Part shown: positions 60,881-64,000 of the stretch, piece by piece | Layout of the letters: every line of letters starts with the position of its first letter | Position numbering within the stretch: position 1 is the first letter of the stretch | From: an uncultured Pelagibacteraceae bacterium | GTDB lineage: Bacteria; Pseudomonadota; Alphaproteobacteria; Pelagibacterales; Pelagibacteraceae | Length of the DNA: 64,000 nt | Direction of reading: 5' to 3' | Assembly: GCA_902535255.1 (NCBI GenBank) | Contig: CACASQ010000003.1 | Span: 5,102 to 69,101, forward strand | Notes under the pieces: generated by a model | Database searches by the model: none | What the model was told of the DNA's origin: nothing | Seen by the model: the letters and a program-made list of their open reading frames with translations, nothing else | Program-made: the position numbers and the translations under genes

Positions 60881-61461
60881 TGGATATAAATTTAATTATT
60901 GTAGCAATTTACTCATACCTTTTGGGATCAATTCCATTTGGATTAGTATTAACTAAGGTATTTCTTAAAAAAGATATCAGGACTGTTGGCTCTGGAAATA
61001 TCGGAACCACAAATGTACTTAGAACGGGAAATAAATTTCTAGCAATAACTACATTGGCTCTTGATTTATTAAAAGGATACATTTCAGTTTATATTTCAAT
61101 ATTTTATTTTGAAAGCTTCACCTCATTATCTGCATTAATTTGTTTCATCGGACATATTTTTCCTATTTGGTTAAATTTTAAAGGAGGAAAAGGCGTAGCA
61201 ACATACCTTGGAGTAATTTTAGCTTTGTCTTATAAACTTTTTTTTATTTTTTGCATAGCTTGGGTTTCTTTATCTTTATTATTTAGATTTGCATCCTTAT
61301 CTTCAATGATTTCTACATTAATAGTTTTTCTTTATGCATATTTTTATGGAATCAATAACCATGCTCTAATACTTTTTATATTTTTCGTAATGATTCTTTT
61401 TACTCACAAAGAAAATATTTTAAGACTTAAAAATTCTACAGAAAATAAAATTAAGTTATAA
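60880..61461 (+). CDS. plsY: Glycerol-3-phosphate acyltransferase PlsY
   Basis: YLLGSIPFG, GSGNIGTTNVLR, GHIFP, GGKGVAT, HKENI. Confidence 0.95.
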   Translation: MDINLIIVAIYSYLLGSIPFGLVLTKVFLKKDIRTVGSGNIGTTNVLRTGNKFLAITTLALDLLKGYISVYISIFYFESFTSLSALICFIGHIFPIWLNFKGGKGVATYLGVILALSYKLFFIFCIAWVSLSLLFRFASLSSMISTLIVFLYAYFYGINNHALILFIFFVMILFTHKENILRLKNSTENKIKL

Positions 61462-61529
61462 GTGCTGTCTTTTATAGTTTTTCAATAATAAATTTGACAA
61501 ACTCGTTTAATTTTGAAAATAAACAATTA

Positions 61530-64000
61530 ATGAACTTAGTAATTGTTGAAAGTCCAGCTAAAGCAAAAACAATAAATAAATATTTAGGGAAAGATTATTT
61601 AGTTTTAGCAAGTTATGGACACATAAGAGATTTGCCTTCGAAAAATGGATCGGTCGATCCTGAAAATAAATTTCAAATGGAATGGGAAATTGATTCTTTT
61701 TCAAAAAAATATTTAAAAGAAATTACAAATGCAGCTGAAGAATCAGATAAAATTATCTTAGCAACAGATCCAGATCGTGAAGGTGAGGCTATAGCTTGGC
61801 ATGTTAAGGAAGTTTTAGAAAAAAAGAAATTGCTGAAAGATAAAAATTTGGAAAGAGTTGTCTTTAATGAAATTACAAAGAAAGCAATACTTGATGCTAT
61901 AAAAAATCCAAGACAAATTCATTTACCTTTGGTTGAAGCTTACTTAGCTAGACGGGCATTAGATTATCTTGTTGGATTTAATATCTCTCCAATTCTTTGG
62001 ACTAAACTTCCTGGATCAAAATCAGCTGGAAGAGTCCAATCTGTAGCTTTAAAGCTTATAACTGAAAGAGAAAAGGAAATAGAGTTATTTAAACCAGAAG
62101 AATATTGGACACTTACGTCAGATTTTACAAATAAAGATAATAAAAATATTTTTTCAAAATTAAGTTTATTTAATGGAGAAAAAATTGAAAAATTTTCCTT
62201 TAAAAATAAAGAGGAAATACAAAAAGCAGTTGATGTTATCAATAAAACAAAATTTAAAATTGCGGATGTGAACACAAAAATATTTAAGCGTAACCCCCTA
62301 GCACCTTTTACAACTTCAACTTTGCAACAAACCGCATCAGGGAGATTTGGATTTGGAGCTTCTAGAACAATGCAAATTGCACAGCGGCTTTATCAAGGAG
62401 TAGATATCGAGGGTGAAACTACAGGGTTAATTACTTATATGAGAACTGATGGAACCAATATTTCAAAAGAAGCAATTGATGATTTCAGGAAATTCATTAC
62501 TGATGATTATGGTGATAAATATTTACCAGAAGCACCTAATAGTTATACAGGAAAAAAAGCGAAGAACGCACAAGAAGCTCATGAAGCTATTAGACCCACT
62601 AATATAGGCAGAAAACCTGCCGATATCAAAAAATATGTGAATGCAGATCAATTTAAACTCTATGAATTAATTTGGAGTAGAGCCTTATCATCTCAAATGA
62701 CCCCAGCAGAGTTTGATAGAAATACTATAATTATTTCCTCAAATGATAATCTAATTAATTTTAGAGCTAGCGGTTCTGTAGTAAAATTTGATGGATTCCT
62801 AAAAGTTTATCAAGTTCAAGAAACTGATGAAGATGCAAAGAATTTTTTGCCTAAAGTAAAAGTTGGGGAAGAAATTAGTATTCTTAAGATAAATGATGAG
62901 CAGCATTTTACAGATCCGCCACCAAGATACTCTGAAGCTAGTTTGGTGAAAAAGATGGAGGAATTAGGCATAGGAAGACCTTCCACTTATGCTAGCATTA
63001 TCTCAGTATTATCAACGAGAAATTATGTCGAATTAATTAATAAAAGGTTTAATCCAACTGATAGAGGTAAACTGATTTCAGCTTTTTTAGAGAAATTGTT
63101 CTCCAAATATGTAGATTACAACTTCACTGCAGATCTAGAAAATCAGCTAGATGAAATTACAAGTGGTAAAATTGAATGGATACAAGTTTTAGATAAATTT
63201 TGGAAAGATTTCTACGAAAATGTTGGAAAAGTTAAAGAGAAGAGAACTAGAGAAGTATTAGACTTATTAAATGAAAGTTTAGGAGCTTTAATATTTGAAA
63301 GGGATGATAAAGACGCTATAGATCGAAAGTGTAAGTTATGTGCAAATGGAGAACTAAGTTTAAAGAACAGTTTTAGAGGTGGAGCTTTTATAGGATGTTC
63401 AAATTATCCAGAATGTAAATTTACTAGACCTTTGTCTAAAGCTAAAGCTGCAGCTCAATACAATTTAGCAGAGCCTAAATTACTGGGTCAAAACGAAAAA
63501 GGTAAAGATATATATTTAAAAAACGGAAGATTTGGTCCTTATTTACAATATGAGAAAGAAAAAGATGAAATTGAATTAAAAAAGAAAAAAGGTAGAAAGA
63601 AAAAGATCGAAAACGAAAATCTAAAAAACGTTTCAATACCCAAGGGTATAGAAATAGATAGTGTAGATTTAGATAAAGCAAAATATTTATGTTCACTTCC
63701 AAAAATTTTAGGTCAGCACCCAGAAAATGGTAAAGATATAACTTTAAATTCAGGTAGGTTCGGACCATATTTAAAGTGTGAAAATAAATCTGCTAGGCTT
63801 GAAAATGTAGAAGATATTTTCTCTATCGGTTTAAATAGAGCGATCACATTGATTGCTGAAGCAAAGCCAGGACGTATATCTTCGTCATTAATAAAAGATT
63901 TAGGCGAACATCCCGATGATAAAAAACCTGTAAGAATCATGAAGGGACAATATGGGCCTTATATTAAATATAAATCGCTTAATGCTACAATTCCTGAAGA
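61530..64000 (+). CDS. topA: DNA topoisomerase I, runs off the window end; not in the ORF track
   Basis: Translated by hand: MNLVIVESPAKAKTI, GHIRDL, ATDPDREGEAIAWH, SAGRVQS, ITYMRTD, QEAHEAIRPT, GIGRPSTYA, C-terminal GRFGPY repeats. Confidence 0.96.
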   Translation, partial: MNLVIVESPAKAKTINKYLGKDYLVLASYGHIRDLPSKNGSVDPENKFQMEWEIDSFSKKYLKEITNAAEESDKIILATDPDREGEAIAWHVKEVLEKKKLLKDKNLERVVFNEITKKAILDAIKNPRQIHLPLVEAYLARRALDYLVGFNISPILWTKLPGSKSAGRVQSVALKLITEREKEIELFKPEEYWTLTSDFTNKDNKNIFSKLSLFNGEKIEKFSFKNKEEIQKAVDVINKTKFKIADVNTKIFKRNPLAPFTTSTLQQTASGRFGFGASRTMQIAQRLYQGVDIEGETTGLITYMRTDGTNISKEAIDDFRKFITDDYGDKYLPEAPNSYTGKKAKNAQEAHEAIRPTNIGRKPADIKKYVNADQFKLYELIWSRALSSQMTPAEFDRNTIIISSNDNLINFRASGSVVKFDGFLKVYQVQETDEDAKNFLPKVKVGEEISILKINDEQHFTDPPPRYSEASLVKKMEELGIGRPSTYASIISVLSTRNYVELINKRFNPTDRGKLISAFLEKLFSKYVDYNFTADLENQLDEITSGKIEWIQVLDKFWKDFYENVGKVKEKRTREVLDLLNESLGALIFERDDKDAIDRKCKLCANGELSLKNSFRGGAFIGCSNYPECKFTRPLSKAKAAAQYNLAEPKLLGQNEKGKDIYLKNGRFGPYLQYEKEKDEIELKKKKGRKKKIENENLKNVSIPKGIEIDSVDLDKAKYLCSLPKILGQHPENGKDITLNSGRFGPYLKCENKSARLENVEDIFSIGLNRAITLIAEAKPGRISSSLIKDLGEHPDDKKPVRIMKGQYGPYIKYKSLNATIPE

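Noticed and set aside
3119-63940. Many 60-150 aa ORFs antisense to real genes (e.g. 5534, 6452, 11330, 14210, 20734, 32336, 41217, 57797, 61964, 63475)
   Set aside because: They lie opposite well-supported genes, show shadow-ORF composition (Ser/Phe/Ile/Leu-rich) and carry no recognisable motifs
1-64000. CRISPR arrays, rRNA genes, IS elements, frameshifted pseudogenes
   Set aside because: None seen; almost all of the sequence is accounted for by intact CDSs and short spacers

Overview
Very AT-rich, extremely compact bacterial chromosome segment. Gene content, gene order, near-absent intergenic DNA and an alphaproteobacterial LexA box point to a streamlined marine alphaproteobacterium, most likely SAR11/Pelagibacterales (inference, no database search). 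From 1 to about 16.6 kb lies an accessory-looking block: a Cre-like tyrosine recombinase, two glycosyltransferases, a GIY-YIG nuclease and an inositol uptake/catabolism cluster (iolD, iolE, iolG, ABC transporter). The cluster has no iolB/C/J/A but carries a ROK kinase without its Zn motif, an HpcH aldolase and an aldehyde dehydrogenase. The block ends with a degenerate pilin-like gene and a D-2-hydroxyacid dehydrogenase next to tRNA-Glu. The rest is mostly core genes: recJ, glpX, hom, argC, rpsI/rplM, ctaA, rpmG, ihfA, plsX, rpmF, bamE, hppA, nusB-rib-nrdR-glyA-rpiB, hemB, recO-rnc-lepB-acpS-pdxJ-pyrE-rel-folK-smpB-dapA, slt, tRNA-Ser, rarD, a TPP-riboswitch symporter, LexA-controlled umuDC, a PheC-like binding protein with its permease, MATE, trhO, an O-methyltransferase, gatCAB, ruvX, pyrB-pyrC, plsY and topA. 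The ORF track missed rpmF and topA; two tRNAs and a TPP riboswitch were also read directly from the sequence. Best novelty candidates: a non-canonical lower inositol pathway, a recJ stop codon buried inside tRNA-Glu, a trhO/O-methyltransferase pair that may make mo5U34, a lipobox-bearing ABC permease, and a shortened Rel with rpoZ missing from its usual position. No CRISPR array, rRNA or IS element was seen. All product calls come from motif recognition only.
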